Shown here: positions 31,029 to 43,253 of the stretch, piece after piece
Layout of the letters: every line of letters starts with the position of its first letter
Position numbering within the stretch: position 1 is the stretch's first letter
Virus record (IMG/VR): IMGVR_UViG_2698536665_000003
Span: 99,816-163,815 of that record
Length of the DNA stretch: 64,000 nucleotides
From: a virus
Reading direction: 5' to 3' (one strand)
Notes under the pieces: generated by a model
The model's database searches: none
What the model was told of the DNA's origin: nothing
Seen by the model: only the letters and a program-made list of their open reading frames with translations
Position numbers and translations under genes: made by a program

Positions 31029-31905
31029 ATGGCATTTCAATTAAATTTAGAACCAACTTTTACGTTAAATACTAGCTATCAAATGGCAAAAGTTTTTGTT
31101 GTTGTTGGCGCTGGTGGTACAGGTGGTTATTTTATTCCAAACTTAGCACGACAAATTTCTATTACTAATAAACTACGTCGCATTGAGCGATTACCTGAAC
31201 ACAAACTGCTTATTATAGACCAAGATGAAGTTAGCTTATCTAATCTTAATCGTCAAAACTTTGTTGAAAAAGATCTTGATAGTAACAAAGCAGAAGTTTT
31301 AGCTACTAGATATGGAGTTGCTTTCCAGACAAATATTCGATTCCTGGACCAATACATTACATCTACTAAGATGTTAGAAGACATCGTAATTGCTAGTTGT
31401 ACTGACATTAACACTCAAATTCCAGTTATTGTTGATTGCGTGGATAATAACAAAACTCGTGTCTTCATTCATGAAGCAGTTCAAAACTTAAAGAAAAAAA
31501 GTTCGTGGTATATATTCTTTAAGTAGTGGTAATGAATTCTTAAACGGTCAGGTTGTTTGTGGTTTTGTTCCTGGAAAAGGAAGTAGTTCATCTTCACTGT
31601 ATAACAGTTCTTGGTTCCGCACACCAACAGTTACAGAAATGTTTCCTGAAATTCTTGAAGGTGGAGATAAGCTTCCAACTGAATTAAGTTGTGATGAAGC
31701 AGCTGTATCAAATCCACAAAATATCATGACAAACATCAATGCTGCTACTGAACTATTTAAGTTTGCCAATATCTTATTAACAGCTAATACAGAAAACGAA
31801 GAGCTTCCCGGCTTAAAATACTTTGCAGTTACTTTTGATACACAGCAAGGTACTACTCGCACGTTCCTAAATAAGAAGAGTGTAATCGATGAATTTATTG
31901 CTTAA
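31029..31905 (+). CDS. ThiF/E1-like protein of the PRTRC type, reading frame broken at an A7 run
   Basis: VVVGAGGTGGYFIPNLAR...LIIDQDEVSLSNLNRQNFVEKDLDSNKAEVLATRYG; downstream frame VVCGFVPGK...SVIDEFIA. Removing one A from 31494-31500 joins them. Confidence 0.78.
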
Positions 31906-32575
31906 TTCAAATCAGCAGATGGCTCAGGATTTTAGCCATCTGTTTTTTTCTTTTGAAGAACATATGGAACGCGGGGAGCAAGACAAAGCAAAAGAAATTT
32001 CTAAAAAGCAAGATATGCTATTGAAAGAACTTAAGGAAAATGGCTATGATGTAGGCGCTTTGTTAGAAGAGTTAAAAACAAGAAAATCATTTAGAAAAAG
32101 CTATGAAACTATTATTGTTTTTACTGATGGTGGTGTAAGAAACAATCATGATGTTAGTCAAGAATCTATCGCTGCAAGTGCTTTTGCAATTTACGGTGAT
32201 CAGAAGATGTTAACACACGAGTCTTCTTTTATTGGTAACTCAATTCAATTACCTTCTGGTGAAAAGATTGATATTAATTCTACATTTGCTGAGTATCATG
32301 GATTACTTCAAGCGTTACTATTTGTAGAGAAGTATAGAGCTTCAGCTAAAAGAATAATATTTCTTACTGATTGTGCATCAATGGTGCAACACATTCAACA
32401 AAAACTACCACAACAAAGAGTATTTAAAGAATATGTTTTAGATTTAATTAGTAAATTAGATAGTATCCCTAATGTAGAGTTAAAGCACATACCAAGAGAG
32501 CATAATAAGATCACAGACGGGCTTGTTAACCAACTCTTAGATAAATATGAAAGGGGCGAATATACATGCAACTAA
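31889..32575 (+). CDS. RNase H-like protein
   Basis: IIVFTDGGVRNN...FAEYHGLLQALLF...IIFLTDCASMVQHI...LKHIPREHNKITDGLVNQLL. Confidence 0.82.
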   Translation: MNLLLNSNQQMAQDFSHLFFSFEEHMERGEQDKAKEISKKQDMLLKELKENGYDVGALLEELKTRKSFRKSYETIIVFTDGGVRNNHDVSQESIAASAFAIYGDQKMLTHESSFIGNSIQLPSGEKIDINSTFAEYHGLLQALLFVEKYRASAKRIIFLTDCASMVQHIQQKLPQQRVFKEYVLDLISKLDSIPNVELKHIPREHNKITDGLVNQLLDKYERGEYTCN

Positions 32576-32985
32576 CAAAAGAAGAAGCAGCCAAGTTAAT
32601 GAAACAGATTCAACCACATATTAGTGGATTCTCCTACAGTCTTCAGGCAAATGGTGAAGATGGACAGGATATAGTTTGTGGTGGAAGAATCAAACTTGTT
32701 TTTGACATGTATAAATACAATGACCAAACAGAAGGAGATCTTTCCTATGTAACAATTGAAGATGGTCTTGGTGAATTACTAATTCTAGTACCTGGTGTTT
32801 TATGGAGGAATCTCGGCGCCAAGAAAGGTGACATTGTTATTGCAAGTGGAAAATTGTTTGCTCTAAAAAGAGAATGTAAATTTAAATCAAAAGCAGGTAC
32901 AGATATTATTGTACCGCATGGATATGAACCTCTGCGTGTGTTAGTTAGAGAGATTAATATACTACCGGAAGAAGGCGCTGAATAG
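32566..32985 (+). CDS. OB-fold-like nucleic acid-binding protein
   Basis: GGRIKLVFDMYKYNDQTEGDLSYVTIEDGLGELLILVPGVLWRNLGAKKGDIVIASGKLF pattern. Confidence 0.5.
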   Translation: MQLTKEEAAKLMKQIQPHISGFSYSLQANGEDGQDIVCGGRIKLVFDMYKYNDQTEGDLSYVTIEDGLGELLILVPGVLWRNLGAKKGDIVIASGKLFALKRECKFKSKAGTDIIVPHGYEPLRVLVREINILPEEGAE

Positions 32986-33074
32986 CGTCTTTTTATTTAC
33001 TAAAAATTTTAAGAATACTATTTTCTCCCGACCTATTGACTTTTCGATTTCAAATGGTTGTGTTTGTACAAGCG

Positions 33075-33620
33075 AAAAAAGAATAACGGTCGAATGCCCT
33101 TAAATCGACTCGAAATAAAAGGTAAGGTGAGCTGAGCCAATGCATAAAATCAGCGTACTCTCCATCAGTCAAGGAATTTCCGCTGTTTACGTCCGGGAGA
33201 GGAGTCTTAGAGAGGTGACGACTACCTCTTGCAAAGAAAGGTCGGGTGGAGTCCTGGTTCTTACGAGAACGTAGCTTACGGACAATACAGTGTTGGGCAG
33301 GATTAACATTGTGTTCGTATGAAGGGAAACCTTATGTAAAAACAGCGGTGACTCATAATCTCTCAGGTACTTATACAAAAGTAAAGTGTCATTACATTTA
33401 TCCTATCCTACATGTTGAAGTCTTATCTTCGGCAGTAGGGTAGGTATATTATGATCTACTACAACTCGGCAGCTAACCAAAAGTGTAAGTACCTGAGTAG
33501 ATGTCACCTATAAAGTTTTTGTCATCCATTTAGGTTATCGACTATCTCATAAACGACAGTCATCAAAGACAGAAAGACAGTCGGTAATCTAAAAGACTAC
33601 AAAAACCAAAAAACAGTAAA
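33075..33620 (+). ncRNA. large structured non-coding RNA candidate (family not assigned)
   Basis: ORF-free; upstream TTGACT at 33036; many hairpins (AGAGGT/ACCTCT, GTTCT-TACG-AGAAC, AAGG-GAAA-CCTT, ACAGTGTT/AACATTGT) and long-range pairings CAGGTACTTATAC/GTGTAAGTACCTG and CCTATCCTAC/GTAGGGTAGG. Confidence 0.6.
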
Positions 33621-33627
33621 CCAAATC

Positions 33628-33894
33628 ATGAGGGAGATGAACAGGTTGACAACTGAAGAATTAGAACCGGTAGAAGGTATTATTCCGGATGTAGTACCTG
33701 ATGTAGTTATACCTGATGTATCTGATTTCCTTATTGGAGGAAGTAAGTACATCTTAGATCCTAGTACATTAAAAACACAAGAAGACGTCCTAAACGTTAT
33801 TAAGCATTTCTCAACTAGAGTAGAGCTTCATGTGTTTGACATTGTAGGTATCGAACACTATGTAAAACCAGTAACAAATAATCAAACACACTAA
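33628..33894 (+). CDS. hypothetical protein
   Basis: ORF with GAGGGAG RBS. Confidence 0.55.
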   Translation: MREMNRLTTEELEPVEGIIPDVVPDVVIPDVSDFLIGGSKYILDPSTLKTQEDVLNVIKHFSTRVELHVFDIVGIEHYVKPVTNNQTH

Positions 33895-33919
33895 GAGATA
33901 ACTCAGGAGGATTTTAATT

Positions 33920-34714
33920 ATGAAAACATTAACTTTAACTAAAGAATATATCGAATCGGTAGCAAAATCTTTAATCCATGCAACTCCACAAGAAGTATTG
34001 GACTTCAAAGCATTAATGGAAATCCATCCACAAGGCGAAGAACTTGTTGCAGCACTTAACGAAGTAGGTCCTCGTCTTATTGTTGAGGCATTACTTGAAG
34101 CATTATTTGCTGATGTAGAAGAAGCTGTTTGTGAAGAAGCGAAACAAGAGCCTACACCTAATGCATCATCAGTTTCTCAATTCACTGCTCAAGAACTTTC
34201 TAACTTTATTAGTCAACAAGCTCCAAAAGCAAAAATCGAACCAGTATTTATTCCTTATATCAAACCAGAACCACAAGTTGATATTTCTGCTTCTATTAAA
34301 GAACAAGTTGCTTACAAAAATCTGGTAGAGGGTATTAAAGCTCAAGCTGAATCTAAGCCAGCGTTTGACCTTTCTGCTTCTATTAAAGGACAAGTAGTAG
34401 AGCAACAAGCTGCTAAAACAAACGAAGAAAAAATCAAAGGTATTCTTAATGAAATCGTTGAGGAAATCATCAATGAGGATGCTGCTAGTGAAATAATTAG
34501 CTTAGATCCTAACACAATTAAATTATACGAAGTTGCATTCTCTACTGTTTTCTTTACAAAAGCAAATGTATTAGGTTTCGCAGAGCCTGTAGAATATGCT
34601 CACGAATACACAGCATATATCTTATCTTCACTTGCTTCTTACTTAGTTGAAGAAGAAGGATTTGAACTTGCATTCAATGTAGTAGAAGGAAAAGTGGTAG
34701 CGGGTTTGGTTTAA
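33920..34714 (+). CDS. hypothetical protein
   Basis: ORF with CAGGAGG RBS. Confidence 0.65.
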   Translation: MKTLTLTKEYIESVAKSLIHATPQEVLDFKALMEIHPQGEELVAALNEVGPRLIVEALLEALFADVEEAVCEEAKQEPTPNASSVSQFTAQELSNFISQQAPKAKIEPVFIPYIKPEPQVDISASIKEQVAYKNLVEGIKAQAESKPAFDLSASIKGQVVEQQAAKTNEEKIKGILNEIVEEIINEDAASEIISLDPNTIKLYEVAFSTVFFTKANVLGFAEPVEYAHEYTAYILSSLASYLVEEEGFELAFNVVEGKVVAGLV

Positions 34715-34782
34715 TACCGTACTTACGAAGAAAATATGGGGTAGCTACGGCTACCCTTGTTTTTCTGGAAGGAGAGAAATAG

Positions 34783-35427
34783 ATGGATGGTAAGATTCTT
34801 ATCCAGACCCTTTTGTATGGGATTAATCAATTAGCAACAAAACAAGTAACACAAATAGACGCAGGTAAAGACATTCTTATTTCTTCTATGAAGATTTTAG
34901 ATATTGGTAAGGAAATGGTTATACCTAAACTTTTTCAAAAGGAAGCTTCAGCTACCTACAATATAAACAACAATAGAGTAGTTAGCGATATGTCTTTGTT
35001 ATCTGAAGTACTGACAGCTTTTCTAAGAAAGAAGAAAGAGTTAATCGGGTCATCTAGAATAGATAGCTCCGAATCATTTAAATATCGTCGTAACACAGGA
35101 ACTACTTTACCTTTGCAGTTCCATGACTTTTTTATAGTAGAACAAGCGTATATGTATTCGTTGGCGTATCTTGACTCTTCAGATGATTATGCCTATGAAT
35201 ATGATGGGCTTATAGAGCTAGGCGCATTAGTTGCAATCTATCTATTTGAAAATATGACAAGACAAAATGAGTACTACCTTCATGACTCTTGGGGTAATAT
35301 GGATGAAAATCCAGGCGGTCTCTATAAATTTAAAAGCAATACAAACGTCAAGGATTATATTGAAAGTATAATCGAAGATATTGAGGGTATTGATGAGCAT
35401 GAAGAAGACGAGGACGAAGAAGAATGA
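34783..35427 (+). CDS. hypothetical protein with LLYGINQL N-terminus
   Basis: ORF with GGAGAG RBS; N-terminus resembles the 54812 ORF. Confidence 0.65.
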   Translation: MDGKILIQTLLYGINQLATKQVTQIDAGKDILISSMKILDIGKEMVIPKLFQKEASATYNINNNRVVSDMSLLSEVLTAFLRKKKELIGSSRIDSSESFKYRRNTGTTLPLQFHDFFIVEQAYMYSLAYLDSSDDYAYEYDGLIELGALVAIYLFENMTRQNEYYLHDSWGNMDENPGGLYKFKSNTNVKDYIESIIEDIEGIDEHEEDEDEEE

Positions 35428-36878
35428 CGATGACACTAACAAATAACAAAATAGTACCTTTCGCGCATTTACATTTACATACACCAGAAGGTAGTTTGTT
35501 AGATGGATTCTGTCGTATTGATCCAATGATAAAATTAGCTCAAGAATTCGGTATGGATTCAATTGGTGTAAGTGATCATGGTACATGTTTCGCTCATATT
35601 CAGTTCTATAAAAAATGTAAGGCAGCTGGTATTCATCCCGTTTTAGGAATGGAAGGATACATCGCCCCTAGAAAACAGTGGAAAAAAGCAGATTTTGATA
35701 GAATCAACTACACTGATGTTGCGTATCGTACAAAAGAAGAACTAGCGAAATTAGAAAGTGAAGGATATATAGCTTTTGAAAAGAAGCAAAGAGATTCTTT
35801 CACTAAAGGTAAAACTACAAAACCTGAACACGTTGAGTTCTTGGCGAAGTTAAATGAAAAGGATCCAGCAGCGTTTGATGCATTAAAAAAATCTACTCGT
35901 TGGTATTTATCAGGAAAGCAAGATGACAAACAAAAGCGTTTATTTGAATGGTCTCCTAGAATAGCTCACTTGCTTATGATTGCTAAAAACAATGAAGGTT
36001 ATAAAAACCTAATCAAATTAACAACGATTGGTTCTGTAGAAGGATTCTACGGGAAACCTCGATTCGATTATGGTGACATTAAGAAGTATGGTAAGGGAAT
36101 TATCGCAACTTCATCTTGTCTTGGTGGAACAATTCCACAATTAATTCGTAGAGGTAAATTCCGTGTTGCAAAGAATCATATTAAGTTCTACAAAAAATGT
36201 TTTGATGAATTCTATCTTGAAATTCAGCCTAGCACAATGCAGGAACAAATCCTTGTAAATAATATTTTAATAGAGTGGTCGAAAGAATTAGACGTTCCTC
36301 TAGTAGCAACTTCAGATGCACATATGTTACGTCCTGAAGATCGTCCAGTTCATAAAGCAATTACTTCTATTAATAAAGGCAAAGATGAAGATGAATCCGA
36401 TATTGATGTCTATGAGCATTGTGTATTCTATTCTGCCGAAGAAATGTTGGCGATGGGAATGCCTGAAGAAGCATTGATTAATGCTTATAACATAGCTCAT
36501 TCTTGTCATGTTGATTTAGATGAATCAAGCATTAAGTATCCAGAGTTTGAAGTACCAGATGACTTCGATTTCGATAGTTATTTAGCTCATATTTCAAATA
36601 AGGGCTTAATGGAGAAAATTGCAGAGGGTAACTTTGTAGGGAAAAACTTCTACAAAATGTATAGAAAATATAAACGAAGACTTGATTATGAGCTAGAAGT
36701 AATTAAAAACAAAAACATCAGTGCTTATATGTTAATAGTTTGGGATTATATTAACTTTGCAAAACGTAATGATATTTTAGTAGGTCCTGGTCGGGGTTCA
36801 GCTGCAGGTTCACTTGTAGCATACGTAACAGGTATTACTAACTTAGACCCGATTCGTTACAATCTGTTATTTGAACGT
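35424..36878 (+). CDS. dnaE: DNA polymerase III alpha subunit (DnaE), exon 1
   Basis: PHP motif [14 protein letters not shown]; [32 protein letters not shown] then intron. Confidence 0.93.
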
Positions 36879-37934
36879 AAACTGATTGCGTTCGTTAAAT
36901 TGGGTGAATTCAGGGGAAGCCTACGTGCTATGAAGCATATGGTAATCCTGAGCCGAGCTGCATAGGGATATGCAGAAGGTGCAACGACTAATCGTATACC
37001 ACTAGAACAGTGATGAAGCGGACACGAGCGCCCAATACAAAACATTGATTTTTATATATTTAAGTGGTTATCGTGAATCCAGAAAGTCCAAGGATGGAGA
37101 CGATATCATGCCAACTATGAAAACATTAACTTGTGAAAACTGCGGAAATGAATTTGAAGTCTTAGCTAAAAGAAAAACAGCTCGTTTTTGTACTAAAGGG
37201 TGTTCAATATCTTTTAGACAAAAAATACATGATCCTGATTTTATGAGTATCAATGATGAACTTCATTTTTATTTGTTAGGGTTGATTCTTACAGACGGTT
37301 GCATATCTAAACAAGAAAATAAAGAGGAGAGAATGACGCTTCGATTATCGGATAAACAAATTGTTGAAGAATTGCACCCTTTGATGTCACCAGACAGAAA
37401 ACTGTATGCAAACAAACCGTATAAGGAAGAGCACAATGTTTCTTATGCCATTGTTAGTACGAATAAAGAAGCAATTGCAACTCTAAAAGGTTATGGAATA
37501 GAGCATGGAAAGACTTATTCAGTTGAATACCCAAAGATAGCAAAAGAACATACACATCATTTTATTAGAGGATTATTTGATGGTGATGGAAGTATCTTCA
37601 CAAATGTTGTAAAGCAGAAGAAAGCTGATGGTTCTATTCTACATAGACCATACAAGCACATTTCGTTTACAACCGCTTCTATTAATTTTGCAGAAGGATT
37701 GAAGTCAGAACTAGAATCTTTTGGATACCATCCAAAGATTACAGAAGACGTTCGCGGCGGTAAATTCTATGTGAAACTTTATAGACAGAAAGAAATACAG
37801 TCTTTTGGTGAATGGATATATGCAGATTCACACTACTACTTAAATAGAAAGAAACAATCTTTTGTAATGATATAGTCTGAGCTGCAGGGAAACTTGCAGA
37901 AGGCAGGATAAAGAGCCTGTCGATAACAAAACTG
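36879..37934 (+). other. group I intron interrupting dnaE
   Basis: 5' exon GAACGT (36873-36878) pairs with internal guide GCGTTC (36888-36893) with terminal U.G; core AATCCTGAGCC and GCAGAAGGTGCAACGACTA; intron ends in G; splicing gives LLFER|FINPERPGFPDIDTDF. Confidence 0.9.
37108..37875 (+). CDS. LAGLIDADG-type homing endonuclease with N-terminal zinc finger, intron-encoded
   Basis: LTCENCGNEFEV...FCTKGC; LLGLILTDGCIS and IRGLFDGDGSI. Confidence 0.88.
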   Translation: MPTMKTLTCENCGNEFEVLAKRKTARFCTKGCSISFRQKIHDPDFMSINDELHFYLLGLILTDGCISKQENKEERMTLRLSDKQIVEELHPLMSPDRKLYANKPYKEEHNVSYAIVSTNKEAIATLKGYGIEHGKTYSVEYPKIAKEHTHHFIRGLFDGDGSIFTNVVKQKKADGSILHRPYKHISFTTASINFAEGLKSELESFGYHPKITEDVRGGKFYVKLYRQKEIQSFGEWIYADSHYYLNRKKQSFVMI

Positions 37935-40037
37935 TTCATTAATCCGGAACGCCCTGGTTTCCCGGACATAGATACCGATTTCGATTACTTAAGACGACAT
38001 GAAGTAATTGAATATGTAACTAAGAAATATGGTGCAGATAAAGTAGCACAGATTGCAACATTCGGTACTCTATCTACTAAATCAGCATTAAAAGATATTG
38101 GTCGAGCACTTGGTATTGATCATAATGAAATTAATGAACTAAACAAATACATTCCTTCTCATCAAGGTAAAGTAATGCCTATCTCTGAAGCTTTAGAAGA
38201 GATTAAAGAAGTAAAGGCTTATGCGAAAAGGTATCCAAGACTATTCGAATTAGCTTTAGAAGTAGAAAGTATGCCACGTACTCAAGGTATTCACGCTTGT
38301 GGAATGCTAATAACTGCTGAACCAATTACAAATGAAGTAGCGCTTGTAAGAGGAAAAGGCGGAGAAAGTATAGCGGGATATGATGGTCCTACTTTAGAAG
38401 CTAAAGGATATATTAAGTTTGACTTCTTAGGACTTAAAAACTTATCAGTAGTTGAACTTTGCCGAAGAATGGTTGAGGATCGATACGGGTATCTAATTGA
38501 TGTAGATAATCTGATACCAGAAGATCAAAAAACATTCGATATGATTCAAAGAGGAGAAACGGATGGAGTATTCCAGATCGAATCTGACGGAATGAAGAAA
38601 ATGTTTATGGGTCTAAACAAGGTAGATTTTGAAACATTAATTGCAGGTGTATCATTATACCGCCCAGGCCCAATGGATTATATTCCGAAATACACTGCAT
38701 TGGCGAATGGTCATGAAGAAGTACCTCAAGTACATCCTGCTTTTGATGAAATCACACGCAATACGTTCTCTATTATGATTTACCAAGAGCAAGTAATGCA
38801 GGTTTCTACTGAAATGGCTGGATATTCAAAAGGGGAAGCGGACGTTCTTCGTAAAGCGGTCGGCAAAAAAAAGATAGAAATCTTAGAGCCAGCATTAGAA
38901 GAACTTCATAATCGACTAACGCAAAATAACGTACCGACTCAGGTAGCTACAAAGATTTGTGATGATATACGTCCATTCGCTGGTTATGCATTTAACCGAT
39001 CTCATGCTGCATGTTACGCATATATCGCTTATCAAACTGCTTACCTTAAAGCTAATTACCCTCTAGAATACATGACTGCATTACTTCAAGTATTCTATAC
39101 AGAGGAAGATAAGGTTGTTAAATTAGTAAAAGTAATTCGAGATATGGGAATTGAAGTATTACCTCCGGATATTAACCGTTCAGAAATTGGATTTACGATT
39201 GAAGGAGAGAATGCAATTCGATTTGGATTAGGTGCTATCAAAGGTCTTGGAGAAGCAACACTAGAAGCAATTATTGAAGAAAGAAAACCACGAATGGCTC
39301 CTGCTGTTCGTGATGAAGATGGATTAGAAACTGTAATTTCAAAAGAGGAAGCAGATGAAATCGCAGCTACTCCTGATTTAGGGATTGTAGTAGGTTCTGT
39401 TGCTGTTGGTGGACCATTTACATCAGCACAAGATGTAATAAAACGTATCCCTAAGAAGAACTTCAATAAGAAAGCTATCACATCATTATGTTATTCAGGT
39501 GCGTTTGATGCATTAGCTGAAGGGCTATGTAATAACCGCTTTGAGTATTTAGCCCATATGTTTGATATTCGCGGTGAAGCACCAGATTCAGAACTAATTG
39601 AACAAATTACAAAATATACAGACCGTATTAAGTTCGAAAAAGAACGTGAAGTACTTGGTCTATATATTAGCGGACACGTTCTCGATCGACTAGCTGAACC
39701 TACAGATTGGGAAGGGCTAGATGATGCTACTCATACTACAATGGTAGCTCTTACAGAAGCACGCGTTATACGCACAAAAAAGGGAGACAACATGGCTTTC
39801 TTACGAGTTGATACATTAGAGGGTGAACGTAGTTTAACACTGTTCCCATCCCATTATGAGCAGGTAAAAGAAGGCTTAGTCGCAGGAATGATAATGAAGG
39901 TTGGTATAAAGGGTCAGATGAACTGGCAACGAAACCAAAAAGACTTCATTATCAATTCAATTACGATTCCGAAGAAGATTAACAAAGATATTTGGAAGCG
40001 AATTGAGAAAGATAATGTCCAAGTAGGAGCGGCGTAA
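37935..40037 (+). CDS. dnaE: DnaE exon 2
   Basis: FINPERPGFPDIDTDFDYLRR...VLRKAVGKKKIEILEP...FAGYAFNRSHAACYAYIAYQTAYLKANYP. Confidence 0.93.
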   Translation, partial: FINPERPGFPDIDTDFDYLRRHEVIEYVTKKYGADKVAQIATFGTLSTKSALKDIGRALGIDHNEINELNKYIPSHQGKVMPISEALEEIKEVKAYAKRYPRLFELALEVESMPRTQGIHACGMLITAEPITNEVALVRGKGGESIAGYDGPTLEAKGYIKFDFLGLKNLSVVELCRRMVEDRYGYLIDVDNLIPEDQKTFDMIQRGETDGVFQIESDGMKKMFMGLNKVDFETLIAGVSLYRPGPMDYIPKYTALANGHEEVPQVHPAFDEITRNTFSIMIYQEQVMQVSTEMAGYSKGEADVLRKAVGKKKIEILEPALEELHNRLTQNNVPTQVATKICDDIRPFAGYAFNRSHAACYAYIAYQTAYLKANYPLEYMTALLQVFYTEEDKVVKLVKVIRDMGIEVLPPDINRSEIGFTIEGENAIRFGLGAIKGLGEATLEAIIEERKPRMAPAVRDEDGLETVISKEEADEIAATPDLGIVVGSVAVGGPFTSAQDVIKRIPKKNFNKKAITSLCYSGAFDALAEGLCNNRFEYLAHMFDIRGEAPDSELIEQITKYTDRIKFEKEREVLGLYISGHVLDRLAEPTDWEGLDDATHTTMVALTEARVIRTKKGDNMAFLRVDTLEGERSLTLFPSHYEQVKEGLVAGMIMKVGIKGQMNWQRNQKDFIINSITIPKKINKDIWKRIEKDNVQVGAA

Positions 40038-40076
40038 AACCCGCTCGTACTTATTAAGAAACGGAGGGGAATTTTT

Positions 40077-40544
40077 ATGACAAAGGTAGAGAATAAAAAG
40101 TATTTCGCAAAGGAAGTAACTAGTCTACTTAATATATCTAACAGAACATTATGTAGATATTCTGCTCTTTTAGAAAAGTATGGATATGATTTTGGTAGAA
40201 ATAAATACTTGCATCGCATCTACTTTATTCAAGACATCGCGGTTTTAAGAGAAATACATAATGCTAGATGTTTAGAGAAAACAATAGAAGAAACAGTTGC
40301 TGAAGTAATTAAAGGTAAAGTCGTAGCAAATACACAAGAAGCTAAAACTGTTCAGTTAGTTTTACCGTTATTAAATTCAGCAGGAGAACCTGTTAAGAAG
40401 TCAACAAACAAACAAGATAATGTCAACACAGATAAAGATGATTTCTTACGAATTAAAATTGGTGAAGCTTCTATTGAAGTAAAACCAGGTTTTGATCCGG
40501 CATTTGTTAGTGACGTAGTAAAAGCACTTTCTGTAAATATCTAA
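40077..40544 (+). CDS. MerR-like HTH protein
   Basis: YFAKEVTSLLNISNRTLCRYSALLEKYGYDFGRN...YFIQDIAVLREI. Confidence 0.55.
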   Translation: MTKVENKKYFAKEVTSLLNISNRTLCRYSALLEKYGYDFGRNKYLHRIYFIQDIAVLREIHNARCLEKTIEETVAEVIKGKVVANTQEAKTVQLVLPLLNSAGEPVKKSTNKQDNVNTDKDDFLRIKIGEASIEVKPGFDPAFVSDVVKALSVNI

Positions 40545-40593
40545 AGAATAAAGCGGCGTAAAAACCGCTTTTATTTTTATAAGGAGAATATCT

Positions 40594-40833
40594 ATGAAAA
40601 AATCAATTGGTATTGTATTACTTGGAGTTATGCTACTAGGAGCATGTGAAAGTTCAGCAGGTGCTTCATTAGGTAGGTTGAAAGTAATAGGAGAAGATAA
40701 AATAGCAAGTGATATCACTATTTTTGAAGATACAGCGACAGGCTGCCAATTTATGAATACAAACCAAGGGTACGCTGCTTCTATTACACCTATCTTAACA
40801 CCAGAGGGTAAACCTTATTGCCCGAAAAAGTAA
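40594..40833 (+). CDS. putative lipoprotein
   Basis: Lipobox LLLGAC after a hydrophobic leader. Confidence 0.65.
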   Translation: MKKSIGIVLLGVMLLGACESSAGASLGRLKVIGEDKIASDITIFEDTATGCQFMNTNQGYAASITPILTPEGKPYCPKK

Positions 40834-40882
40834 TTCACACAAAAGAGAAATATGATGTTAACATAAAGTACTTATATACTAG

Positions 40883-42865
<1,983 letters not shown>

Positions 42866-42869
42866 TTTA

Positions 42870-42898
42870 GTAGGGGCTAACGCCCCTACTTTTTTTGT
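42870..42898 (+). terminator. TAGTAGGGGCTAACGCCCCTACTTTTTTT terminator
   Basis: GC stem with TAAC loop followed by T7. Confidence 0.8.
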
Positions 42899-42999
42899 TG
42901 TCCATAAAATACTAATTGACAAAACACTTTTAAAAGATTGTATTAACTAAAGCGTTTTGGGATTAAGTTTAATAGTTGTAAATTTTAATCTGACAAATT

Positions 43000-43253
43000 A
43001 AAATCTCTTAGCAAATGAGCAAGAGAAACACACTTTTAGAGAGAGAAATGTGCATCTGGACCCAGACGGCCAGTAACAGCTGGTGCTGCACCCATCTCTG
43101 GGGCACCTGAAGCTAACCAGGAGGAGGCTGCGCGACATCTCAGGTCCAGGAACTGGAGTTAGATCCAGAGAACTGCACCATTCTTCGTCAAATAAACGAA
43201 CATGCTTTCGAAGAACTATTAAACAAGAAGATAAAAAAAGAAAGGGTATTGAT
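43000..43253 (+). ncRNA. GC-rich structured leader upstream of the RT gene (retron/DRT-like ncRNA candidate)
   Basis: Promoter-like TTGACA at 42916 with 17-nt spacer; hairpins TCTCTT/AAGAGA, CTGGACC/GGTCCAG, GGTGC/GCACC, CCC-ATCTCT-GGG, CCAG..CTGG. Immediately precedes the RT start at 43254. Confidence 0.5.

Noticed and set aside
31494-31501. Classic -1 ribosomal frameshift site A AAA AAG in the E1 gene
   Set aside because: The downstream frame is +1 (equivalent to loss of one A), not -1, so a standard -1 slippery heptamer does not explain it.
33187-33443. ORFs on both strands within the 33-kb gap
   Set aside because: They overlap strong hairpins and lack RBS; the region fits a structured RNA better.
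36879-37934. Intein in DnaE
   Set aside because: The ORF stops inside the insertion and group I core sequences plus an exact P1 pairing are present; no intein splice motifs (C...HN).
43083-43253. Annotated N-terminal extension of the RT ORF (MLHPSLGHLK...)
   Set aside because: Lies in the GC-rich hairpin leader; a better start with RBS is ATG 43254.
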